From assembly GCF_004010195.1 (NCBI RefSeq), contig NC_057749.1, forward strand, positions 24,337,086 to 24,373,113: a stretch of DNA of 36,028 nt, in the 5' to 3' direction. This document shows positions 12,514 to 23,749 of the stretch, one piece after another. The number at the start of each line of letters is the position of its first letter. Position 1 is the stretch's first letter. The translations under genes were made by a program, and so were the position numbers. This DNA is from Chiloscyllium plagiosum. Its lineage: Eukaryota. The notes below the pieces were generated by a model. It worked only from the letters and a program-made list of their open reading frames with translations. It searched no databases and was not told the origin of the DNA.

Positions 12514-12754
12514 CTGCAATTTGTGAGAGGTAGGAACAGTCAGGTTAATCTCAATGACATAGCACGATGAATGGGGAGCGGGGGGGAAACAGTCACAGCA
12601 ACAGAGATTGGGTGGAAAGATGCAGGAGGAGGTTGAACTGGTAACATATTCCAATATATATTATTTTCCAATAAATGCAAGGACTATTTTATGGGAACTC
12701 AATCATGCCTGAATTTTTCACTGAGAATATGATATTCTTGAGACAAAAACATTT

Positions 12755-12962
12755 CAGAACCTTGAGGATGTCCCAGAACATTTTACAGACAGCCCTTTTG
12801 AGATGCAGCTGCTGGTATTAGGTAGGAAACAGATGGGCTATTTACACACAGCCAGATCCCATGGATACCGATGTGCTCCTCAGCTTTTGTGAAGTCAGTT
12901 GAAGACAAATATTGACCGGGAGCTGAGGAGTCCCCCTGCTCCTGTTTGAACTAGAATGCCAG
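12755..12962 (-). mobile_element. Degenerate DeuSINE about 250 bp upstream of the exon-2 acceptor
   Basis: Reverse-complement similarity to 4135-4490 (gatgtcccagaacattttacag...aaatattgaccggg...ccctgctcc). Confidence 0.6.
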
Positions 12963-13239
12963 CACACACTTACACTTAACTCCCTGTGTTTAGATGGTCT
13001 TGTGATTGACAGTTCGTCAGTCTCCAACTTTCTCTCAATCTCACCCCCCCCAAAAAAATTGCTTACACAAATAACAAAGGAAAAGCAGACTACTCTGCTG
13101 CCATTCCACCCTCAACCCAATCCCACTGACTTGACTCTCCATTTTGTGTCACCACGTGGACATCTTCCACCAGCAATGCCTACATATGATCACGGGTGAC
13201 ACTTGGTGAGATATCATCCCTCAATGAAAAAATGCGACA

Positions 13240-13617
13240 TAAAGAACAAAGAACATGACAGCACAGGAACGGGCCCTTCGGTCCTCCAAGCCTGCGCTGA
13301 TCCACATGCTCCATCTAAACCTGTCGCCTATTTTGTAAAGATCCATATCCCTCTGCTCCCTGCCCATTCATGTACCTGGGAGAAAGTGAGGACTGCAGAT
13401 GTTGGAGACCAGTGTTGAAAAATGTGGTGCTGGAAAAACACAGCAGGCCAGGCAGCATCCGAGGAGCAGGAGAATCGACATTTCGGGCATAAGCCCTTCT
13501 TCAGGAATGGATACATTTTAAACGACTCTACCACCTCTGCAGTCCGGGCACCCACCACCCTCTGCGTAACTTCTCACGCATATCTCCCTTAAACTCTTCC
13601 CCTCTCACTTTGAACAC
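13240..13617 (-). mobile_element. CR1 3' end interrupted by a Penelope terminus (about 13379-13508)
   Basis: (AGAACAA)-type tail and CR1 C-terminal sequence flank gagaaagtgaggactgcagatg...cttcttcaggaat. Confidence 0.8.
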
Positions 13618-14704
13618 AGGACTGATCAGAGGCATCTTCAGAATATTGTGATGGACAGACAGCTGAGTTGGACAAAGGCATATAAGTTCACCTCCTGACT
13701 ATATGTCCCACCAGAGACAACTGCAGAGCGGGCACTACCACGTGGAAGAAGAAGACCTGGCAAAGTGCGTTTGAGAAGGACTTTGAAGAGCAGGGCACCA
13801 CCCGAGTTGGAGTGACAGATACTGCAATGAACCTGTGCTACCCATTGTCCTGCATGGCACCTGAAGGACTGAGGCTCAGTAAGCCATCACGGGAGATGTC
13901 TAACTCTCCAGCTCTAGAGCTGGGAAACATGTTGAGCTTTGGCACAAACTGTGATGCCAAGTTTAATGAGCCTCATAGGATTATCAGCCTTGTGGTTACA
14001 CAACACGGACAAACTTTTTACAATTATTTGTAGAAACTCTTCAAAAACCTCAACAACTGAAAGACATCAGCTCTCACTGCCCAAAAGTGACATTTATTGG
14101 CTAATAAACCCAGTGTCCGTGCTCCAATCCCTGGCAAATAGGCACAAGGCACCCACCTATTCATGATACCAGTATATTGATTCCACATCACATACTGATT
14201 TTAATTACTGCTTTGTGTAAGGTAAAGGGTTATTCACTGTTTGTTTGCCTTACATGCTACAACCCTGGGCCACTTGCCAATATTTCTCAGTTGTGATACT
14301 TAGTTAGATACTTAGTCAGTCCCAGCCGCATATAAATAAAACAGGTTAAGAAAGTCAGAGAGTGAGCTCACACTCAAAGCACCTCAGGTCTGAGTAAGGT
14401 TTTGCACGCGGACCAATCTTGAATTGAGTGTGAACTGACTCCAAAGTGTGACTTTTCCCCTCTGTGTTTCACTTTGCTCCACTATCAGTTCATACCCAGA
14501 TTCCGAACCCCTGTTTATGCTCTAACTGCAAAGGAGACGTCACCACACTCACATGACAGCTGCACCTTTGATATAAATAGAATCATTGAAGTAATGGGCA
14601 TGGTTTCCAAACAGTGGCTCCACACTCACACAGCCAGAGTTTGGCTTTGCACTCAGCAAGTGACTACCCAACTTCACCCAACAATGGCACCCATTCAAAG
14701 TGCA

Positions 14705-15336
14705 TCTCTATATACACAGACAATCACTGATACACTCACACACACATATTCACACACCCCTACATATACACAGACACACACTGATACACACACACACATA
14801 TCCACAGACACACACTGGTACACANNNNNNNNNNNNNNNNNNNNNNNNNNNNNNNNNNNNNNNNNNNNNNNNNNNNNNNNNNNNNNNNNNNNNNNNNNNN
14901 NNNNNNNNNNNNNNNNNNNNNNNNNNNNNNNNNNNNNNNNNNATCTATATTTCCACACATACACTGACACACACTGATACACTCACACACACATTTACAC
15001 AGACACACTGATATACACGTATACACAGACACACACGCATATACACAGACACACACAAATATACTCACACCCACATATACATAGACAGATACACTCTCAC
15101 CCATATATAGACAAATACACACAGATACACTTCCAACCACATATACAGACACTCCCACCCATATATTTACAAATGCACACATATATGTGCACATAAACAC
15201 ATACATACACATGCATATGCACACAGACACACGCACATACATATGTATATATTACACAGACATACACATGTATGTGTATATGCAGACACATATACACACA
15301 TACACAAACATATACATGCATGCATATACAAACACA
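14705..15336. repeat. Degenerate (CA/TA)n microsatellite region containing a 118-N assembly gap (14825-14942); resumes at about 16255-16348
   Basis: Directly visible. Confidence 0.95.
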
Positions 15337-16236
15337 TGAATGAATGATTTGTTAATTATCACTTGCATTTTACAGTGAACAATACAGTAAAATACAATGA
15401 AACGTTTCAACTGTCACCACAAGCCAGCGCCATTTTGAATAGTGTAAGAATAAAAAGGATAAAAGGTATGACTGAAAGAGAATCCTGAGCCCTAAGCCGA
15501 CAATGACACCCGTGCCACCATCCCTCCTCCACCGCCTCACTGCCACCTGCACCGGACCCACCAAGGTAGCAGTCGCCACTCTTTAACTGCCATCTGTTCG
15601 CTGCTGGGCATATCTTGCCAACACTGATGCCAGGCCTGGTGCTGAACCCACATTCGGCCTGCGTTCAGGAGTCCTTGGTGTGGGTCTTCTGCAATCGGGA
15701 GTCCCTGGTCTGGGCCTACTACAGTCAGGAGTCCCTGGTCTGGGCCTGCTGCGATCAGGAATCCCTGGTCTGGGCCTGCTGCAATCAGGAATCCCTGGTC
15801 TGGGCCTGCTGCGATCAGGAGTCCCTGGTGTGGGCCTGCTACAATCAAGAGTCCCTAGTCCAGGCCATCGTTCACCATGAGCTTCGGCCGTCCTCCTCCA
15901 AGATGTCACCTTGCCAGTGCCGCCACCTGATAAAGCCATCACCAGCCCTGAACGCCGGGAGGGTGTCTCTGCTGCCACTGCCACGTCTAATCACCGGGAG
16001 GAGCAGCATCCACCACCTCTGACCACCAGCAGGAGCTGCCATTCCACGCATGGCCCAATCGAGATGCCATGCCGAGTTCACCGAATAACCTGGCACTAAA
16101 AGATCCAAAGAAAAGAAGAAAGAAAGAAAAAAGAGGGGAAAAAAAAAGACCAGAAGTAAGAATAAAGACAAAAGAAGAAAGCATGTGGGAATAGATGAGC
16201 CCAAGGGAACAGTCTGCTGCTCTGCCACCATCTTGA
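15337..16236 (-). mobile_element. Putative non-autonomous LINE-mobilised retroposon with internal VNTR
   Basis: Minus strand: 5' caagatggtggc, pyrimidine tract, GC-rich body, 30-bp VNTR, and a 3' end gtgac...aacgtttcattgta...(ATTC)n. It splits a CA-rich tract. Confidence 0.6.
15659..15866. repeat. 30-bp minisatellite, about 7 units, CAGGAGTCCCTGGTCTGGGCCTGCTGCGAT
   Basis: Visible 30-nt periodicity, which explains the 10-aa repeat ORFs in several frames. Confidence 0.95.
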
Positions 16237-16349
16237 ATCAAAGAATTACCCACAATGCACACCAACACATACACAGATACACATAAACACACACACACAT
16301 ACACATGCACATTTGTACATGCAAACACGTGCTCACACACACAGACACG

Positions 16350-16700
16350 GTTGAGGAATGTTCTCCTTGGTACAAAGGAGATTGAGGGAAGATTTGACAG
16401 AAGTGTGCAAGATTAAGACAGGCTCAGATAAGATTGAAGAAAAACTTCCCAATAACCTACCTTTGGGGCACAAATTCAGGTTTGGTGCGAAATATAATAG
16501 AGGGATGGGATGCAGAGATTTTACTCTGTGCGCAGTAATGAACTGGGAGTGGCTGCCTATCAGGGTGGTGGAAGCGGAGATGATGAATTAGTTTTGAAAG
16601 GGAATAAACTTGCAAAGCTACATGGATTGAACAAGAAAATGAAACAGATTGCATTGCTCCACTGAGAACCAGCATTGATTATGTGGGCCAAACAGCCTAA
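16350..16700 (+). mobile_element. Old CR1 3' fragment
   Basis: ORF 16358-16591 MFSLVQRRLREDL...WEWLPIRVVEAE. Confidence 0.8.
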
Positions 16701-16928
16701 TCTATTACATTGTCACTGGACTCCTCTCTTTAGTCTGAAGTTAAGTGAACTATGTGGACATTTAACAGTCAACCACATTGCTGTGGTCTGGAGTCACATG
16801 TAGGTGAGACCAAGTAAGGATGGCAGGTTTCCTTCCCTGAAGGATATTAGTGAACCAGATGGGTTTTTACAACAATAGAGATAGTCTCATAGTCATCTTT
16901 AATGAGAATAGCTTTTTAATTCCAGACT

Positions 16929-17520
16929 TGGAGTCATAGTCATAGAGATGTACAGCACAGAAACACACTCTTCAGTCCAACTCATCCATGCCGACCAGAT
17001 ATCCCAACACAATCTAGTCCCACCTGCCAGCACCCAGCCCATATTCTTCCAAACCCTTCCTATTCATATACCCATTCAGATGCCTTTTAAATATTGCATT
17101 TGTACCAGCCTCCACCACTTCTTCTGACAACTCATTCCATACACATAATACCCTCTGGTCCTTAGGTCTCTTTTATATCTTGCCTCTCTCACCCTAAACC
17201 TATGCCCTCTAGTTCTGGATTCCCCCACCCAGGGAATAAACTTTGTCTATTTATCCTATCCATGCCCCTCACGATTTTCTCAACATCTATAAAGTCACCC
17301 CTCAGATTCCAATGCTCCAGGGAAAACAGCCCCAGCCTGTTCAGCCTCTCCCTATAGCTCAAATCCTCCAACCCTGGCAACAGCCTTGTAAATCTTTTCT
17401 GAACCCTTTCAAGTTTCACAACATCCTTCCAATAGGAAGGAGACCGGAACTGCATGCAATATTCCAAGAGTGGCCTAACCAATGTCCTGTATAGCTGCAA
17501 CAAGACCTCCCAACTCCTGT
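16929..17520 (-). mobile_element. CR1/HER1 3' fragment inserted into a minus-strand SINE
   Basis: LYRTLVRPLLEYC...LERVQKRFTRLLPGL (ORF 17189-17539). SINE halves lie at about 16760-16928 and 17521-17600. Confidence 0.9.
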
Positions 17521-17957
17521 AATTGATTTTAAATTCCACAGATGGTAAGATTTGAACTTATTTGCCCAGAGTTTCAGCTGCTGGATTACTGCCTATTATC
17601 TCCCCTTAACATGGATGATCTAGGTACACCCCTCAGACTCCAATGCTCCAGGGAAAACAGCCCCAGCCTGTTCAACCTCTCCCTATAGCTCAAATCCTCC
17701 AACCCTGGCAACAGCCTTGTAAATCTTTTCTGAACCCTTTCAAGTTTCACAACATCCTTCCAATAGGAAGGAGACCGGAACTGCATGCAATATTCCAAGA
17801 GTGGCCTAACCAATGTCCTGTATAGCCGCAACAAGACCTCCCAACTCCTGTAATTGATTTTAAATTCCACAGATGGTAAGATTTGAACTTATTTGCCCAG
17901 AGTTTCAGCTGCTGGATTACTGCCTATTATCTCCCCTTAACATGGATGATCTAGGTA
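17296..17957. repeat. 331-bp direct tandem duplication (17296-17626 / 17627-17957)
   Basis: The copies differ at about 3 positions by eye. Confidence 0.95.
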
Positions 17958-18479
17958 AGTGAAATGGACCTGCGGCAAATCCAATCCAAGAGGGATAGGA
18001 TATCAAAGCCTGAAAATACCAGTCCAGGCTTTGCCCCAAATGTTGTAGGTCATGAGGTGTTGTCTTCAGTTGTTGATTTCCATGTTGCCAAGCTGCTGTT
18101 GTCACACATCGCCATGGTGACATGAGCGGGTGCAGAGACAATGTTACTGTTTATCACAGTCACTAGCTGGCAAACCCCAGTTGCGAGACAGATACAATGT
18201 GAGGGGACATGCTCACTAGCATCCTTTCTATAGAGCTTCGGTCATCCTATAAATTGGTTAGGCTAGCTCACTGCACAGTAAAGTTCCGAGACACACAACC
18301 AGATTCGAAACTGAGACTGTGTCTGAGACAGTGGAATCCCCTCCACTTGATAAGTACCTGAATAGTTAGGAACTTTGCCTTTTAAAGGACTGTGCCTTTG
18401 TCCTCCCTGAGATGTTCTTGCTGGGGGCTGATGGTTGTATAACCCTTTGCTATTGGGGAGATAATCAAAGGGAAAACAA

Positions 18480-18790
18480 TGGGTGTCACGGTGGCTCAGT
18501 GGTTAGCACTGCTGCCTCACAGTGCCAGGGGCCCGGGTTCAATTCTACCCTCGGGTGACTGTCTGTGTGGAGTCTGCACGTTCTCTCTGTGTGGAGTTTG
18601 CACATTCTCTCTGTGTCTGCTTGGGTTTCCTGCCACAGTTTGCAGGTTAGCCAGATTGGCCGTGCTAAATTACCATAGTGTGCAGGCGAGGTGGATTAGT
18701 CATGGGAAGTACAGGGACAGCTCTGCAGAGAGTCAGTGCAGACTTGGTGGGCTGAATGGCCTCTTTCTACACTGTACAGTTTCTATGATA
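18480..18790 (+). mobile_element. HE1-type V-SINE with an internal 24-bp duplication
   Basis: gtggctcagtggttagcactgctgcctcacag, gggttcaattc, duplicated ctgtgtggagt(c/t)tgcac(g/a)ttctct, and a CR1-like tail. Confidence 0.85.
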
Positions 18791-20086
18791 ATGATGTCGT
18801 GGTGACATCACATCATTAATCCTAATGTCTTAGCCCATGCTCTGGGGACACCGGTGGAAATCCCGTGGCTGGAATTCAAATTCTATGAATAAATCCAGCT
18901 CATGTGACTTGAGATCCACAGGAATCTTGGTGAAGTCTGAAATGGCTAAGCAAGTTTGTCAGTTCAAGGGCAACTAGGGGTGGACAACAAATACTGGCAC
19001 CCCATATAGGAGTAATGTTGGGCGGGCAAGTAGGGGAACAAATCCCTTTGCATCAAAAAAGTGCCATTTAACCCGGGTGGTCACATTCCCATGGATTCTC
19101 CTTTTCTCAGAAGGATGTGTGGGATCTTGCTGTGCCTTCCCACACACAGGGTGGTATTCCACCAAACAACTAATCAGTTGGGCCCTGGCCGCTCGGGGTG
19201 GCGGTTGGAGGGGGAAGGGAAGGTTCGGCATCCCGAGAAGGCGCTAATTAAATGCAAGTGCTGGGAGGGAAATACACTGCTCAAAATAACCCGAGCCTCG
19301 GTGTTTTGTGGAGGGAATGTTTTGGGGATTTTCAAAACCGGGAGGTCAAACTTACATTCCCGGGACAGAGTGGGTAGGCACTGCCTGTAAAATCGACAAG
19401 TGAGCGAAGGTTGGACAGGCAACCAGTTCAAGGGGCAGGCTTGAAACAGAAAATTCAGAAGGCATGCTGCATTTGGGTCGGTCTGTCTGCAGAGCTCAGT
19501 CAATGCTCAACAATCTTAAACTTCCCCCCTCTTCCCCCATCACTGATCGAGCAGTAAAGATGTTAAGGTGTCCCTATTTTGACGGTAGGCTGGCTGAACT
19601 GTTTTCTTGGGAGCTCTGTGCTGGGGGAGGAGGAGGAGAGAAAGTACCCCATACTGGATTTCAGTCCTTGTTTTGAAATCGAGAAGTCATCGCACTCTCC
19701 ACAGATGTTAGCAGAGCCGCCGCTGAGTATTTCCAGCCTGTCTTGGCTCTATTTCACTTTCAGATCATCAGCGACCTCCAATGTTTTGCCTCTTGCACTG
19801 TTTAACTTTCGTTTTGACACGTGTTTACCAGTTCGGATTTGTTGGGGGAAGAGCGATGAGAAATGAGGAGGGGGGGGGGGTTGATGGGAATTTTGTCGTC
19901 CCCCCCCCCCAACACACAAACAAACAAACACAATCCTGCTCCACAAGCAGAAAGGAAATTATTGGCAATTCTCTGCGTGGGTTTAAGGGGAGGCCTGAGC
20001 TCCGTGTCAGTTTCAGTGTATCCGAGCCGCGCGCGTTACATTGTATCTGAAATGTATCGAGTGAAATGTAACAGGTACCAACTCAC

Positions 20087-20092
20087 AGGCAT
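20087..20092 (-). CDS. RPS27: RPS27-family coding exon 1 (Met-Pro)
   Basis: Minus strand ggggaaac ATG CCT|gtgagt: a consensus donor, in phase 0 with exon 2, giving MPLAKDLL. It lies in a CpG-richer region next to ETS sites. Intron 1 is 12514-20086. Confidence 0.88.
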
Positions 20093-20290
20093 GTTTCCCC
20101 CCGGAGAGGTCGGGTAGAATCAACTCCCCTCTTATCACGATCAGCAAGATCACAGGCCACACACAAACACACGCACACTGAGCCACCTCTGCCAGCCCAG
20201 AGAACTGATGTAAACGCGTGAAACTTCCGCTTCCTCTCGTCCAAAGCAGTGTTCCTAAAAGTGGGATCGACCCTGCCCACGTGTGATGGA
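20093..20290 (-). promoter_or_regulatory. RPS27-family promoter / 5' UTR
   Basis: Tandem ETS/GABP site GGAAGCGGAAGT (20223-20234), Inr-like TCAGTT (20203-20208), TCT-like CCTCTCC (20103-20109), E-box CACGTG (20278-20283), and local CpG enrichment. Confidence 0.7.
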
Positions 20291-20684
20291 AACACAAGTG
20301 AGGATTGCAAACTGAATCTTCACGAACTGGACTGAAAAATTGTGGTTGTCTCTGTCCCCGCTGGGTTAACACAGTGAAAACTACAGGCGTGCACCCGAGA
20401 AGTCTTTTATTGTATTGAACGATTTCCTTCTACAACATGAGTTACACAACCTTATGGTGGACGTTAGTTTGTGATTATAAGATTGGTTCGACGCAGAAAC
20501 AGACCAGGACCACAGTACTGCAGATGCTGGAATCTGTACTGGAAACAACAAATGAACAGCGGTCAGACAGCATCACGTCCGATACAGAAACAGGCCATTC
20601 GGCCCAGCATGCCTGTGCCAACCACGATGCCATTCCAAATCAATTCCATCTGCCCGTGCATGTAAACTTCATGAACTAAACCAA

Positions 20685-20940
20685 AGATTTAAAAGGGATC
20701 TAAGGGACAACGTTTTCATGCAGAGGGTGGTGTGTATATGAAATGAGCTGCCAGAGGAAGTGGTGGAGGCTGATACAATTACAACATTTAAAAGGCATCT
20801 GATGGGTATATGAATAGGAAGAGTTTAGATGGATATGGGCCAAGTGCTGGCGAATGGGACTAGATTAGGTTGGGATATCTGGTCAGCATGGACAAGTTGG
20901 ACTGAAGGGTCTGTTTCTCTGCTGTACATTTCTATGACTC
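20685..20940 (+). mobile_element. CR1/HER1 3' end
   Basis: gagctgccagaggaagtggtggaggctg...ctgtacatttctatgactc tail. Confidence 0.85.
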
Positions 20941-22019
20941 AAATAGGGGTTTTAACCCGACCTCCACTGGGTTAACACAGTAAAAGTTACAGTGTGGACC
21001 AAAGAATTTTTTTTTTGCTTTAGGACTTTCTTGTTTAACAAAATCACATAACCTTGTGGTGGAAATTGGTTTGTGATTAACAGGACATTGAATAGTACAG
21101 CACAGAAACAGGCCATTTGGCCCACCATGTCTGTGCCAACCACAATGCCATTCTAAATTAATTCTATCTGCTTGTACATGGTTCATATCACTCTATTCCA
21201 TGCCTTAACCTTTGTTAATTTATCTGCTTCTGTCATTTCCCTATATTCCAGGCCCATACCACCCTCTGTGTAAAACTTCCCTCACACATCTCCTTTAATT
21301 ATTTTTCCCCCCTCGCCTTAAACCTGTGACCCCCTTGTATTTGACATTGCCACCCTGGGAAAAACAGAACTCCCAGGGTATATGATTAGGAAGGGTTTGG
21401 AGGGATATGAGTCGGGTGCTGGCGGGTGGGACTAGATTGGGTTGGGATATCTGATCGGCATGGACGAGTTGGGCCGAAGGACCGTGCTGCACATCTCTAT
21501 GACTCTATAATTATTTACCCTATCCATGCCTCTTATAATTTTACATGCTTCCATCAAATTGACTCTCTGCCTGATTTTAAAAAAATGTTCTTGGATCAGT
21601 AAAGTCTCCAACCATTAATTTATGTTTGTTTGGAAAGAGTAGTCTGGAAAAAAAAATCAGGTTTATTACATTCAGGAATGCACTGAATGCACAGAATTAT
21701 TACAGGGCCAGAGGAAGACCATTCAACTCATCAGTTGCAACTTAGTTTGTGTTAGTAGGAGAACATGGCTCAGGCAGTCGGTTAGATAGTTAAATGTTTC
21801 TGACAGACCACCAAACAGTGTACCCAAATCAATTTAAGGCTTTCCAAAGATGGGTCCCCAACTTAAAATTTTGGGGTTGTGAGATCAGAGGCAGAAATGG
21901 CCTGTGTGGAGCTCTGACTGAGTTACAACTGAATACCCTGCTCCAATAGGCCCTCAATCTCTCAGTTCTCTCCGAGAAGGTGTAACATAAATCAAGCCTG
22001 AAAGGAGAAAACAAAACAA

Positions 22020-22476
22020 AGTCATAGCGTCATGGAGATGTACAACACGGAAACAGACCCTTTGGTCCAACCCGTCCATGCCGACCAGATATCCCAATCC
22101 AATCTAGTCCCACCTGCCAGCACCCAGCCCATATCTCTCCAAACCCTTCCTATTCATATACCCGTCCAAATGCCACTTAAATGTTGCAATTATACCAGCC
22201 TCCACCACTTCCTTTGGCAGCTCATTTCTTACACGTACCACCCTCTGTGTGAAAAAGTTGCCCCTTAGGTCTCTTTTATATCTTTCCCCTCTCACCCTAA
22301 ACCTATGCCCTCTAGTCCTGGACTCCCCGACCCCAGGGAAAAGACTTTGCCTATTTATCCTATTCATGCCCCTCATAATTTTGTAAACCTCTGTAAGGTC
22401 ACCCCTCAGCCTCCAGCGCTCCAGGGAAAACAGCCCCAGCCTGTTCAGCCTCTCCCTATAGCTCAAATCCTCCAAG
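22020..22476 (-). mobile_element. Young CR1/HER1 3' fragment
   Basis: ORF 22104-22475 is an intact CR1 ORF2 C-terminus. Confidence 0.92.
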
Positions 22477-22529
22477 GGAAAAGTTTGGGAAGTGCCAAGG
22501 CAGTGGGAAAGTGATAATGTGGCTGGTCT

Positions 22530-23262
22530 AGTACAACATGGAAACCAACTCTTTGGACCAACGCGTCCATGCTGACCAGATATCCTAAATTAATCTAAAT
22601 AAACCCTCCAATTGCTGATTCCGTCAGCTACTGAAATGGCTCTTACTAAAGTTGCAAGTGAGATCCTGTGTGACTGTGACAAAGGTAAACCGTTCCCCCT
22701 CTTCTTGTCTGTGCCTTTCATATGGTCACCACACCATCCTCCTCCATGGCCTCCCCAATGTTATTCAACAGTTTGGGACTGCACTCACCATGGTTAGATA
22801 TCCAGTCATAACCAGATAATCACCTGCAAAGTTTCTCTTCACAAGCCCACACTGATACCTCTGGCATTTCCCAAAGGTCTATCCTAGGCTTTCTCCTATT
22901 TCTTATTTACCACATAGTCCTCTAAACCCTTCCTATTCATGTACCCATCCAAATGCTTTTTAAAAGCTGTAATTGTATCAGCCTCCACCACCTCCTCTGG
23001 CAGCCCGTTCTGTACACGCACTGTTGTGCATGTTGCACAAGTTGTTCCTTAGGTCCCCTTTAAATTTTGGACATCCCCCTATCCTGGGAATAAGACCTTG
23101 GCTATACATCCTATTCATGCCACTCATGATTTTTTTCAACCTCTGTAAGGTCACCCCTCAACCTCTGCTGCTCCAGCGAAAATAACTGCAAACTATTCAG
23201 GCTCTCCCTATAGCTCAAACCCTCCAATCCTGGCAGCATCCTTGTAAATCTTTCCAGAGTTC
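22530..23262 (-). mobile_element. CR1 3' fragment carrying a roughly 300-bp copy of the neighbouring L2 fragment (22607-22910)
   Basis: The CR1 tail sequence resumes after the insert, and the insert matches 24559-24855. Confidence 0.8.
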
Positions 23263-23749
23263 TGGGATAGTGCTCTCTGTGGGGAACAAGCACAGAGCAC
23301 ACTGGAGAAGCTCTGCAGCATCTGTGGAGAAAGACTCTTGGTCATACCAGTCTCAAAACATTAACTCTATTTCTCTCTCCATCGATACTGCCAGACATGC
23401 TGAGTTTCTCCTGCTTTCTCTGAGTGTGTCTCAGATTTCTAACATCCACAGCATCCTTTTGTTCAAATGCTCTGGGTACATGGGTTTGAATCTCACCGTG
23501 GCAGTTGAAGAAATTTGAATTCAATAAAAGGTTAGCCCTATGATGACCATGTCACCACTGATGATTGTTGTAAAATCTCATCTGGTTTACTAATGGCCTT
23601 TAGACAAGAAAACCTACCACCCTCACCTTGACTATGTGTGACTCCAAACTCGACAGTAATGTGTTTGACTATTAATTGCCCCCGAGACGGGTAATAAATG
23701 CCAGAGATGTCATAATGAATTAAACATAAGATCAAATGTTGGAGATGCA

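Noticed and set aside
13925..14012. AQTV...QP words resembling RPS27 exon 3
   Set aside because: Wrong strand and position, needs frameshifts, lacks the cysteines, and is consistent with chance.
15537..16022. 10-aa repeat ORFs on both strands
   Set aside because: A consequence of a stop-poor 30-bp VNTR, with no splice or homology support.
20087..20096. p53 half-site AGGCATGTTT over the start codon (RPS27L is a p53 target in mammals)
   Set aside because: A single decamer largely forced by AAC ATG CCT, with no adjacent second half-site seen.
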